NCBI RefSeq assembly: GCF_000143415.4
Contig: NW_003314323.1
Span: forward strand, 686,499 to 750,498
Origin: Selaginella moellendorffii
Lineage: Eukaryota > Plantae > Lycopodiophyta
Direction of reading: 5' to 3'
Length of the DNA stretch: 64,000 nucleotides
The notes under the pieces are model-generated. The model was not told the DNA's origin, ran no database searches, and saw nothing but the letters and a program-made list of their open reading frames with translations. A program made the position numbers and the translations under genes. This document shows, piece by piece, positions 1 to 11,500 of the stretch; position 1 is the first letter of the stretch, and each line of letters starts with the position of its first letter.

Positions 1-1199
1 GTAAGAAGGGGTTCACTTTCTTTTATAGCCTTCCAATTTCCAAAACCAAACTTCTGATATCCTCGCAAAAGCACATCTTCCTCCGAAACAGTCCAGTCTT
101 TTTGGTGTAATCCTGAAAGTAGCATGCGAAATATAGTGTTTTTCGTACGTTGGAACAAGACAAAGACAAATGCCAACCTGAAGGTGAAGACGACAGCCTG
201 GAGTTTGCAGATTCGTCTCCTTTCTGAAGCCGGACGAGCCCAGCCACTGCAAGCCCCGAGCGTTTCTTCTTCTCTAGAAAATGATGTGACCATTGATGAT
301 CGTTTATGCACGTCTTTCCATCTGGAAGCTCGTCTTCACCACCAAGAAAGAAAAAAGAAAAACACCTTTGTCTGAAAAGAACGAAGTATTAGCCAAAGCA
401 TAGATTGTACAACGAGTGATTACCGGAATCCAATATTCGGTGAATCAAATGCTGTAAGAAACTGATTAATCGACACCCCAAGCTGGAGATCCCACCAAGG
501 AATGAGAAACTCAAGCTTCTCCTTTTTCTTCAGACTCACTTGCCATTGCGCGAGCCTTAGATTGTTAAGAACCGTCTTGCCGCCTCCTACGCGGGGAGAG
601 AGACAAGAGTTATCGTCACGTAGGAAAGTAAAACACAACATACTTGAATAGGGGAACCAGTGGCAGACTTCCCAGGCTAGTGGCGAGGCGGGGTCAGCAT
701 GCCAGTAAAGAACGTTGCCATACGAGTCTACTCTAAAACACGCCGGATCAAAACCAGCATTGCTGCGCAAAGAAATCCACAATACTTTTTAGCAAGAGAC
801 AAGCAAAAAACTACTTTTTACCCGAGGTGATCAAGCTGCTGCCAGAGAACATCCTTGAATTTGTGGAGATGCGAGGGATGCTCCTTTCTGGTGTCACTGA
901 GAACGATCGGGAACAAATCTTGGACTTCTTCCAGCTTTGCAACCTGGAAAGAACTCGTTGGAACAAAACCCTACCACAGTAAGAAACCGCACCTCTTCCG
1001 GACGAGCAGTGTAGGGAAGAAACGCTCTGGGAGGGCCATCTGCGTGAGGCAGCAAGAATCCCTGGAGCTGGAGCCAGGCACAGGCGTTCCGGCACAGCTT
1101 CGCGTAGGCCCGAGGATACCCCAAGTGAGGATCGACCCTGCGATCTTCGTCCGAGAAGCAAATCCCCGCGGCCACCACTGAATCTTTCCTGCTTCCCAT
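1..1199 (-). CDS. Conserved plant protein with HNH-endonuclease-like motif (multi-exon; 3' end runs off the left edge)
   Basis: ATG at 1199 (MGSRKDSV...VDPHLGYPRAYAKLC...GPPRAFLPY). A later exon reads NAGFDPACFRVDSYGNVLYWHADPASPLAWEVCHWFP..GGKTVLNNLRLAQWQV..LEFLIPWWDLQLGVSINQFL, which resembles a conserved uncharacterised land-plant family. GT-AG introns; a donor near position 16 shows the gene continues beyond the window. Confidence 0.7.
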
Positions 1200-1577
1200 G
1201 AAAAATCGACCCAAGAACTAGCCTAGCCTTCGATCTGGAGCGCCGGAGGCGAAATTTCAGGCATTTCTTGGCCAAGAATCTTGGCGCTGCTGCGCGGCAT
1301 TGTGGCGCCCTCCCCCCGGGCTCGCGAATTCGTGCGCGCCTAATAATCCTAGGTCACACCCCTCTCCGACCCGCCGGCGTCATCACTCCAGAGAAGAAAC
1401 GACCAAACAACACCCGACCTCTTCATTCATTCGAAGCAAACGGCTAGAAAATTTGTGTCAATCCAACGGCTCAAATTCCCACCTGTACGGACATGTTTGG
1501 AAGGGAGCATATTCCTTTAGGGTTCTTGGCAGGCTAGGGTTCTAGGCAGTGTAAGCGGCGGAGATTGAGCGGCAGCG

Positions 1578-1819
1578 ATGGCGAAGTCGAAGAATCACAC
1601 TGCCCACAACCAGTCGAGGAAGGCGCACCGCAATGGCATCAAGAAGCCCAAGAGGCAGCGCTACACCTCCAAGAAAGGGGTAAGTAGAGATTTCTATAGA
1701 AATTTGTGATTGATCGATCCGAATACCGGCAGATGGATCCGAAATTCCTGAGGAACCAGCGCTACTCGAGGAAGCGCATGGCGCTGCTAGCGAAAGAGAT
1801 CGTGAAAGAAGAATCCTAG
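1578..1819 (+). CDS. RPL29: 60S ribosomal protein L29 (eL29), 2 exons (1578-1679, 1733-1819)
   Basis: Manual translation: [34 protein letters not shown]|[34 protein letters not shown]...CAG intron. Absent from the ORF track. Confidence 0.97.
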
Positions 1820-1932
1820 ATAGAAGAATGCTTGTCCCAATTTTCGATTTAATCCAGCAAAAGAATTTGCGTTGCTCATAAACCCTAAATTTCTACAGTG
1901 TTCTAGCGTTAGGGTTCTTGGTTGCCATAGCA

Positions 1933-3325
1933 ATGGAGGCGTACAAGGCGTGGGTGCGTGGCAATCGGCAATGGCTCGCTTCAATCGAGAGCATTGCTAC
2001 GGTGAGATCTGTCGCACCGCTCTTGGTCCTGAGATTTTCTTGCTTTCCAGACCATGACTTGGCTGCTGCCAGAGAGGTTTGCGAGCTCGGAGCTGGCTCC
2101 GGAAGCGCGTAAGGAATTTTCTTTGGCCATTCCGTCCAGCATTTTGTTCTGATCGCGATCGTGGCAGTGTCGACGGCGATTGGGCTCGTCACGGTGATGA
2201 ATCAATATATTGTGGAGTCTGCCAGTCCCAAAAATCTTCCCCCATTCATGCGCAGCGGCGCAGACGATCGTGACAAAAGCATTCCTTGGCCGATTTTCAT
2301 CTCGATTGTGAAAGAGCTCGAGGTGTTGGTGGAGCTGACTGCCGAGCACTACCGCGGTCCAAATGGGAAATGGAGCACTCTAGCCGTCGTGGAAGCGATC
2401 AAGTAAGCTTTATTTCTATGAAGAAGAGAATTTTCTGCTAACTTTGTTTGCTCTATAGGGTCTTGATCAGGCTAAAGATTTTCCACGACAGTGGATACAA
2501 GATGCTCATCGATGGAGGAGAGTCCGAGAATCAAGAGGAGGCCTCGTACTGCGATCCTTACGCGAGACGAGGAGCTAGAACAAGCGGTCGACCACAAAAC
2601 GTTCAAGGAAAAGCTATGGGAGCCTTGTATAGCTTTGGAAACAGCCTCTCTGGAAGACCATCGTGGCTACAAAAGAGGGACGCTGCTCAACAACGTAAGA
2701 ACATCACCTCTCCTTCGTTCGAGTTCTCACTTTGGTTTCTTCTAGCTGTGCAAAGAGGCTTGCTCTCGCTTTGGAAGCAACCAGCCGCTAGGTGGTTCAT
2801 CGTCGGTGAAACTTCTCTCATCTTGAGACCACTGATCTACGTTTTTCTCATCCGCCGATACGGACTGAAGTCATGGAAACCTTGGCTGGCTTCACTCGCC
2901 ATAGATCTTACGGGTTTCAGCATCTTGTTTTTGACAGATCAATGGAGTAGCAAGAGTAGCAACGAGTCCTTGATAATTTCTCAAGGGAGTCCATCCAGAC
3001 CACTATCAGCTGCCGAAAAGAATGAGGCAAGTTCTAAAGCTTTCCACATCTCAAGGAGGTTTTTTAATCTTTTGTTCATTGCAGCTTAAGCGACGACAAC
3101 TCTTGTGGGCTTTCTATCTTCTCAGGAGTCCCTTCTTCGACACATACTCGAGGTAGCTTTGCGGACTTTCGTCACTGCTAGTATCAATCCTTTATTTGCA
3201 GACACCAATTCCAAAGGATCGGAAAGGTAGCAAAGCCTCTACCTTTGTTCGGCACCTTGGCATCCAAGGCGATGGAGCTGCTAGCGGGAGTCCAAAGCAT
3301 TTACTCGTACACTGCCGCGTCGTGA
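1933..3325 (+). CDS. PEX16: Peroxisome biogenesis protein 16 (SSE1), multi-exon
   Basis: MEAYKAWVRGNR..., LRPLIYVFLIRRYGLKSWKPWLASLAIDL, NE|LKRRQLLWAFYLLRSPFFD, C-terminal YSYTAAS*. All are typical of plant PEX16. Confidence 0.92.
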
Positions 3326-3387
3326 CGAGAGAAGAACCGTAAAGATTTAAGATGGACCAGCGATTGGGTTCTTATTTTAGGGTTTCT

Positions 3388-4182
3388 ATGTCGAGCTCCG
3401 CGATGAATGAATCCAGGCTCCACGAGAAGAGGTGGGGATTGATCGATCTCTTGCCCAGCGTGACCCCTGAGTGTTTTCTTGCAGCGTCGAGGAGCTCCGG
3501 AAGCTCTTGTCGGATAAAGACGCGTATGAGAGTTACCTCCATTCGATCGAGGAGGTGAAGCAACTGGACACGGTGAGCGTGGTTTCTTTCTTCTTGGCTG
3601 GATCCCTTCTTATTTGGGAATTTTGGCAGCTCCGGAACGATTTAAGAAAGAGCAATGTGAACCTCGCAAGTGAGTGATTGATTGTTCTTTGTTGAACAAA
3701 AAACTCATTGTTTTTGCTTGTCAGGACATAATTTGGGGAAGGAGTCCGAGATGGCTGAGCTTAGAAACCAGGTATGCTTCTTTTCTCGTGTAAAAAATTG
3801 TATTTTTCGTCTTTTTAAAATTTTTTTCTCTGTGTGCAGTGTATGATCATCAGAACGACCGAGTTGGCCACAGCACAGGAGAAGTTTTCAGACGCTCAGC
3901 GGCGAGAGAAAGAGATCCTGGCGAGGAGCTCGCCAGCATCAATCTTAAACAAGCTACAAGGTCTAGAGAGAGTTTTTTCTTCTTCTTCTTCTTCTTTGCT
4001 GACGACGCGTGTATTGATTCATTCCAGAGGCAGCCAACGCGGCGGACGACGAATCCGAAAGCTTACACCACAAGCTACTGAGCGGCGAGCTTGAGTTCCC
4101 GGAGTTTCTCCAAAAGTATAGGCAGCAAAGGGTTCTCTATCACCGAAGAACTTTGCTTCGCCTGGCCGCTCTGGCCGGGTGA
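3388..4182 (+). CDS. VPS37: ESCRT-I subunit VPS37 (Mod(r) domain), multi-exon
   Basis: Spliced KSVEELRKLLSDKDAY..., ELRNQCMIIRTTELATAQEK, EAANAADDESESLHHKLLSGELEFPEFLQKYRQQRVLYHRRTLLRLAALAG*. Start codon inferred. Confidence 0.88.
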
Positions 4183-4346
4183 TCGATCTTAGAGATCTCA
4201 TAGCGCTGCGCACTGGTATCTTCAATTTAAACCCTTTCGCCGATTAACAGCCTTTCTCTCCTTTTCGTGTGCCTTTTAGAGCGAGTATTTTATCCTTCGT
4301 AGCGCTTTTAGGGGAGGAAACAGGAAAGGTGAAAGGAGGAGCAACG

Positions 4347-6108
4347 ATGCCCGCGGCAGTGGCTAGCATTCCGGTATGGCAGTTAGCAAGCAGTTCTTCA
4401 AATGGGTCACGGGTAGCAGCATGCCCAACAAGTGGCCTTCCGTCACCTTCGTGCTTCACAAGTCGGGCGACGATGGGGACGTGCTCCTTGTGGGGTTGCA
4501 ACGTCGCCAGGAAGAGCGTCCGGGATGGAAGCCCAATGCCCGAGGCTGCGTCCATGCCGGCTGTGACGCCGCTCGCGGATCTCTACGACTTTATCTGCAA
4601 GGGGCCGCTGCTGGAGAGGATTGGATTGGATGCCGAGGACGTGAGGCGGGACATGAACGAGTGGATTGAGATGGGACTGAGGCTGTCTCGGATCCTGGGC
4701 TTCAGGGAATTGATGCTCAGCGAGTCGGAGAAGGCGAGAGTTTATCACTACTACCTGCCGGTGTATATGTGGTGCAAGAGGGAGCTGGAACGCCATCGCG
4801 GCCGGTTTAACGACGGCGATAAGCCGATTCCTGCGTTAGTGGTAAGACTTTGTTTTGTGTTTCCGAGGCTTCTGTTAGCTGCTGTTAGTGCATGCATGGC
4901 GCACTTTCCTTACGATGTTTCTGAAACATGGAGTTGGTTTTTCTGTGTTGCAGATTGGGATTAGTGCACCTCAAGGTTGTGGGAAGACTACGCTTGTGGA
5001 TGCTCTTGAGTACATGTTCAACTATTCTGGAAGGTATGGTGTTTTGTTCATTGGCAGAAGGACGTAACCTGTGTCTTGTTTTTTCCAGAACCGCTGCGTC
5101 AGTGTCAATTGATGACTTCTACCTTACAGCAGCCGATCAGCAAACACTTGCGAAAGAGAATCAAGGCAACTTGCTTTTGGAGGTAAGAAGTTGCTGACCT
5201 TGGTGCGTTTCTTACAATTGCTTACAGCTTCGTGGAAACGCTGGAAGCCACGACTTAGATCTTGGGACTCAGACAATAAAGTCCCTTCAAAATCTTGCCG
5301 AAGGTCTGTCAGGATTGTTTGTTGTGCTACATATGCTAACATCTCGCTTTTTTATTTTTCAGGAGAAGTGGCCAGTGTGCCACACTATGACAAGTCTGCG
5401 TACAATGGTCGAGGTGATAGATCAGATCCATCGACATGGTCCAAAGTGACAGGACCATTGCAGGTATTCGTTGTTGTTTTTTTTTTACGCACAGCTCTTC
5501 TCAAACGCGTTGGAACAGGTGATTTTGTTCGAAGGATGGATGCTGGGCTTCAAGCCGTTGGGTAAAGCCGCAGTTAGCTCCGTGGATCCTCAGGTAACTT
5601 GTTTTGATTACTTAGGAACTCTTGTTCGGTTGCTTAAACCCGGTGGTTGTGTCTCCTGATGCAGCTGGAAGTAGTCGACAAGAATTTGGTGGCCTATCAA
5701 AAAGGCTGGTTCAGTCTTGTGGATTCATGGATAATTGTCAAAGTGGACGATCCCGGTTGGGTGTATGAGTGGCGTCTTGAGGTACTAAAGAAACATTTGT
5801 TTCGCTTCGAGGCATTCTAATAATGTCGTGGGTACAGGCAGAGATCGCTATGAAGGCCAAAGGCAAACCTGGCATGAGCGATGAACAGGTATCAATCAAC
5901 TCAAGTTTCTTTAGAAAACTTAGAAAGCTTCCTCACTAGAAAACGAGCTGACCATAAGAATACTTTGCAGGTTGCGGACTTCGTGGCGAGATATATGCCC
6001 GCATACAAGGCGTACCTCGAAACTTTGTACAGCGAGGGACCTGGCAACGCGAAACCAGACAACGTCCTCAAGTTTTCCATCGACAAGAACAGGAACCCGG
6101 TTGGATAA
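4347..6108 (+). CDS. GLYK: D-glycerate 3-kinase, chloroplastic (photorespiration)
   Basis: Ser-rich transit peptide; DLYDFICKGPL, RVYHYYLPVYMWC, P-loop IGISAPQGCGKTT, SIDDFY, LRGNAGSHDL, ILFEGWMLGFKP, DFVARYMPAYKAYL...DKNRNPVG*. Confidence 0.95.
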
Positions 6109-6332
6109 GTCAATCGATCAATCCAACGCGAGGTTCGTTTGTGAAATCAAGAATGCTTGTCCTTCGTTTTATGCAGTGGAGATGTGCAATATAATTAAGG
6201 ATTTCACATGCTGCTACTGTAGTGGTTGTTCTCCTGAAGGCGACGGACTGTTAGAAATTCCGCTTTTTCTAAGGAGGTGATGTCCTTTGTGTTTCCTTTT
6301 GCTAACCTAGGATAGAAGCTAGCTTTGTAGCA

Positions 6333-7809
6333 ATGGGAGCTCTTTCAGGGAGGACACTGGTCCTAGCAGGAACTAGAGCCTGGTTCTTCGCTAACAGCAG
6401 CAAGAATGGTGGTCTCAGAGTACCCGCATTTTTCCGGCTGGGCTTTGTGATTTGCATTCTGCTACTCGCAGTGGTGCTGCTCATCTTGGTCAGTGCAGAA
6501 TGGAACCAGAGCTGGAAATCGTCTCAGAAAGCCCGAGCTGCTGCTGCACTGTCGGCGGAATTCGGCGTCTTGGGTGTTCCCTGGTGCAAGTAAGCATCGA
6601 GTTTGTGATTTGGAATCTCTCCTCGGCTAAAAAGTTTCGTTTTTTTCTGTATTTTCTTTAGAGCGAAGGAAGGCTCTGCGGTTCCTTGGACGAGAGAGGA
6701 GCTCGTACAAGGATTGCAGGAGTTTGTTCCGGTGTACAAGAAGAGACCCATCAAGAACAATGCTTTCGGGATGGGCTTTGATCATTCCTTCGGCCTTTGG
6801 TTCCTGGCTCGTCAAGTGAAACCTTTGCTCCTCATCGAAAGCGGCGCGTTCAAAGGGCACTCGACGTGGGTCATGAGACAGGCTCGGCCGGAGACACCGA
6901 TAATCTCGATAAGTCCCCGCCATCCAGAAAAGTACCTCAAGAAAGGTCCCGCATATGTGGATCGCAACACTCGCTACTTCGCAGGAAAGCAGTTCGTGGA
7001 TTTCGGAAGCGTCAAGTGGAACAAAGTTCTCGAGGAAGCTGGTGTTCAGGACAGGAGCAGGATACTTGTGTTCTTCGACGACCACCAGAGCCAGTTGAAA
7101 AGGTACATTTCTTTCTTGAGCAAACTTTCCTCTTTTTCTTACAACCAACTTGGATGTCAGGATCAAACAAGCCAGGGATGCTGGATTCCAGCACCTCGTC
7201 TTCGAAGATAACTACGACACCGGGACTGGCGATCACTACTCGCTCCGGCAAATCTGTGACCAGCTCCACATAGAAGGTATTGGTTTTGTAGTAGCTTTCA
7301 CTTTCCCTAGTCGCTTCGTTTCGTTGCTTTCTTTTTTTTGCTTTTCAAGTTTCTCCGTTTTCACGTTTTGTAGCTTCTTTTTCTTCGCAGGTGGCGGACA
7401 CAACTGTGACCCCGAAAGCGAAGAGGCACGAACGAGACAGTACAGGAGCAAGAAGTGGGAAAAAGCGATGGACTCGTCCCAACTTTGTGGAGGCGGCGGC
7501 GAGTGGTGGGGCGTCCGCGGCGAGATGCGTGACAACTTCAACCATAGCAACGCTCCGATCTCTCACCAGCAGCACCTCCACAATGGCCGGCTGGTGGAAT
7601 CGATGCTCCAGCTCTACTGGGAGCTCCCGCCGGTGGCTGGCCCGAGCCTGACCAAGCAGAACCGCTACGACCCCGCCAGGAGCTCCAGGCCGCTGGTGGG
7701 CGATGGAGACCGAACTCTCTTCCGGAAGCTCGGCCTCCATAGCTTGGAAAAGCGAGTTTTCAATGGCTACACACAGATGGCCTACGTTCGTCTGCTAAGC
7801 AGCAGCTAA
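6333..7809 (+). CDS. Conserved uncharacterised type II membrane protein with class I SAM-methyltransferase-like motifs
   Basis: N-terminal TM helix (FVICILLLAVVLLILV), then RPIKNNAFGMGFDHSFGLWFLARQVKPLLLIESGAFKGHSTW, LVFFDDH and FEDNYDTGTGDHYSLRQIC. Four exons. Confidence 0.75.
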
Positions 7810-8516
7810 AAATCGGTCTTTTATGTGAAAAGATGATTCTTTGGCGTGAGAATAGTTAGATTAAACAATTGTAATTGTCTTTTTCACCTGTGATGGAAAT
7901 GTTCTTTTACGAAGACTTCTATCAAAAGTAAGCCACGCCTTTTCTCCTTTTGCATCGCGTCGTACGGACGGAAGAAGAAAGGGTAAATTTCAAGTTACGG
8001 ACTGACGTGTAAATCCCAGCTTAAACAAAATGGCGTTTTAAAAGTGTTTTCTTTTTCCCCCTTGGCTATGGTGTTCTTGGAGCTCTTTAGTTTTCCCCCA
8101 AGGCGCTAGGGTTTCGCGTGCGGGGATCTAGGGCGCCTTGCTGGGAGCTGCGACGCCGGGCGCGATCTTCGCCTCACAGGTACGATCTCTCTCGCCACTG
8201 CTCGGCTCGGATGCATTTCGGCAGAAATTCGCGAAATTTCTCGCTTCTCGCTCTTCCATTGCGATGGCTTTCTTCGAGAGGCTCCTCGAATCGCATTTTC
8301 TTGCTCCAGCGCTCGCAACGTTCATTTTTTAAAAATCTTTCCAATTTTTCTTTTTCTTCTCCATTCTTGTTTTCCTCGGATGAGTGTGGCAGCTGTTCTA
8401 GACTGCATGCATGGTCACTGAGACAACGGTTTTTGTTTTTATTGCCGCAGGAAAACAACGCACTAAAATCCACTTGCGATGTGACTTCTCGTCTGGGATG
8501 AAGAGGTTGCCTGGGA

Positions 8517-11500
8517 ATGGAGCTCAAGGCAATTCTCCTAGGGGTTTTAGCACTCTGGCTCACTCTGGGAAGTTTTTCCATCGAATTCTCAAGCGCCCAC
8601 AACATCGTCAATGACTTCCAGGCACAAGCTTCCCATCTCGGCTGCTCACCATTTGCCAAGTCTTCGCCGGTTCACTGTGAAGAAGACTTACATGGAACCG
8701 GCTCGTTCGACACGACTTGCTACTTGGAAGAGAGTGTGTCGGTGGACAGGGATCTCTGCATCGCCGGCGCGGGAAATCTCAGCATCTCTTCCGACGTGAC
8801 ACTCGACTGCCCCTTCTCCGGATGCACCATAGTAGCTAGTCTCTCCGGGGACGTGATTCTGGGGGTGAATGCGTCCATCGTTGCGGGAACGATCGTCATC
8901 CAGGCCGAGAACACGTACTTGAGGGCGAACTCGTCACTTTCATCGCTTGGTCTCGGTGGAGCACCACCTGCACAGACAAGTGGCACTCCCTCAGGGCTCG
9001 AAGGCGCTGGTGGCGGTCACGGGGGACGAGGGGCTTGCTGTGCCACCAAAGATCAAGGTGATATATGGGGCGGTGACGTCTATGCTTGGTCGTCGCTTGC
9101 TACGCCTTGGTGCCATGGAAGTCGTGGAGGTAGCACGAGCGAGACTGTAAACTATAGTGGTGGTGGTGGTGGCCGGATCAACGTCACAGTAATGCACGCT
9201 TTGGAGCTGAATGGGACTATTAGTGCAGATGGAGGATCCGGGGGGGAGAAAGGTGGTGGTGGCTCTGGTGGTAGTGTTATTGTGGGGGCTGCTAGATTGT
9301 GAGTATTTGGTCTTTCTCTTTTTTACTTTTATTCTTTGCCTTACTCGGAAACGTTTGTAGGACAGGAGTTGGGACATTAACGGCTAGAGGAGGCGATGGT
9401 CGAGGTGGGGGAGGCGGTGGTCGCGTGGCTGTCAAGTGCTATAGGCAGGAAGATGTCTCCATTTACGTCCATGGTATAAGCTCAATGATTTGCATTTGAT
9501 TTGATTTCAACTGAGCATTTCAACCGGTTTGATGTTTCCAGGGGGGAGTAGCTTTGGCTGTCCAGAAAATGCTGGGGCCGCAGGAACGCTCTTTTATGTC
9601 GTTCGGCAGAGCTTAACCATCAGCAATAACAACAAATCGACTGTGACTGATACTCCTCTACTGGACTTCCCTACACATCCTCTCTGGGTGGATGTGGAAG
9701 TGCTCTGTAGAGCTAGAGTGGTAGTTCCGCTGCTCTGGAGTAGAGTTTTGGTACGTCACTCGACTACTATGTTTGTTAAGGCATTGACGACATTTTGGTG
9801 TTGTCCAGGTTCGAGGGCAGATAAGTTTATCGTACGAAGGGACACTTATATTTGGCTTGGCTCACTATCCAAGCTCTGAGTTTGAACTTGTTGCGGAGGA
9901 GGTTGTTATGGAGAATTCAATAATCAAGGTGATGTTCGTGTTTTGAAAGCTAGAATCTTACGAGGCTTTGCGACGCAGGTTTATGGAGCTCTCAAGCTGT
10001 CTGTAAAGATGCTGTTGATGTGGAATTCTATTTTGCAAATTGATGGTGGCGGAGATGTCATGGTCAGCACATCCACTATGGAAGCCAGCAACTTGGTGTT
10101 TATAAGGGTGAGCTTTAAAATCCGTGAATGTGGTCTAATGTTTCTTATTGTCAGGGTAAATCAGCTTTGCAATCCAATACAAATCTTGGCATTCATGGAC
10201 AAGGGATGCTTAAGTTGGCCGGTGCTGGTGACTACATCAGAGCTCAAAGACTATTTCTGTCGCTTTTTTATAACATTCATGTAAGTTTGATAAATTTTCC
10301 TAGAATCTGAGCATTAACAGCATTTGTGGCGTTCTAGATTGGTCCAGGCGCCATGTTATTAGCTCCACCCGATGAGACTACAACTACAGACGAGTATGTA
10401 TGTCGACGAACTTCGACATCTATTAATCTTGTTTCCAGGTCTTCAAAACTTTATTGCGACACCTCCAAATGCCCTGCCGAGATTATCAATCCTCCGGAGG
10501 ACTGTACCTTAAATGTTTCACTCCCTTTCACCCTTCAGGTGCGGTCTTCGTGATTTAAAGTCCTTGTTGAGCTGAATGTTTATGCTATAGATATGCCGTG
10601 TGGAAGACATTGCAATTGACGGTGTTATACGGGGTAGTGTCGTCCATCTTCAACGTGGCAGGACTGTTACAGTCAATCCCGGAGGACTCATATCAGCTGC
10701 TGGCCTTGGTACGTAGGTTTCAGTCTGCTTGAAAGGCTCATTGTCTTGCTCGCAGGATGCAAAGGTGGTCTTGGAAAAGGTCACTCGTCTTCGTCAGGCG
10801 CTGGAGGAGGTGGAGGATTTGGAGGCAGAGGTGGCAAAGGGTATTACAAAGGCAGCTGGAGCGAGGGAGGAGATACTTATGGAAAGAAAACTCTTCCATG
10901 CGAACTAGGAAGTGGTGGTGGAAATTCTTCAACCTCAAGTAAAAGCAGCAGTGGTGGTGGAGTGATTGGTACGTAAGATAAATTTTCGAATTCATCTCTA
11001 ATTTCTTGCTTTTGCAGTTATGGGATCGCAAAATCACCCTCTTTCAACTCTCGAAGTTTATGGAACTATCAGCGCTGACGGTGGAAGTCTTACCAACTCG
11101 AGTGGTTCCGATGCCAAAGAAGAAACAGGAGCTGGTGGTGGATCCGGCGGTAGTGTTTTGCTCTTCCTTCAAAATCTGGCCTTGCAAAATGGATCAGTCC
11201 TTTCTGCGGGTGGAGGCGAAGGTGGGTATGTAGGTGGAGGCGGTGGCGGCGGCGGACGAGTTCATTTTCATTGGTCAAACGTACCAACTGGAGACGATTT
11301 TGTTGCAATTGCAACGATAAAAGGACTTATACATACCAAGTACGCAGTTCTTGCAGTTTTGGTTCAATGTCAGAGGCTTTTTGTTACCTTTCAACAGAGG
11401 TGGAAATGGAGGGGATATTGGCTATGCCGGAGACGATGGTACCATAACCGGAAAAGAGTGCCCAAGCGGTTTGTTTGGAGTTTTCTGCATGGTAAGTTTT

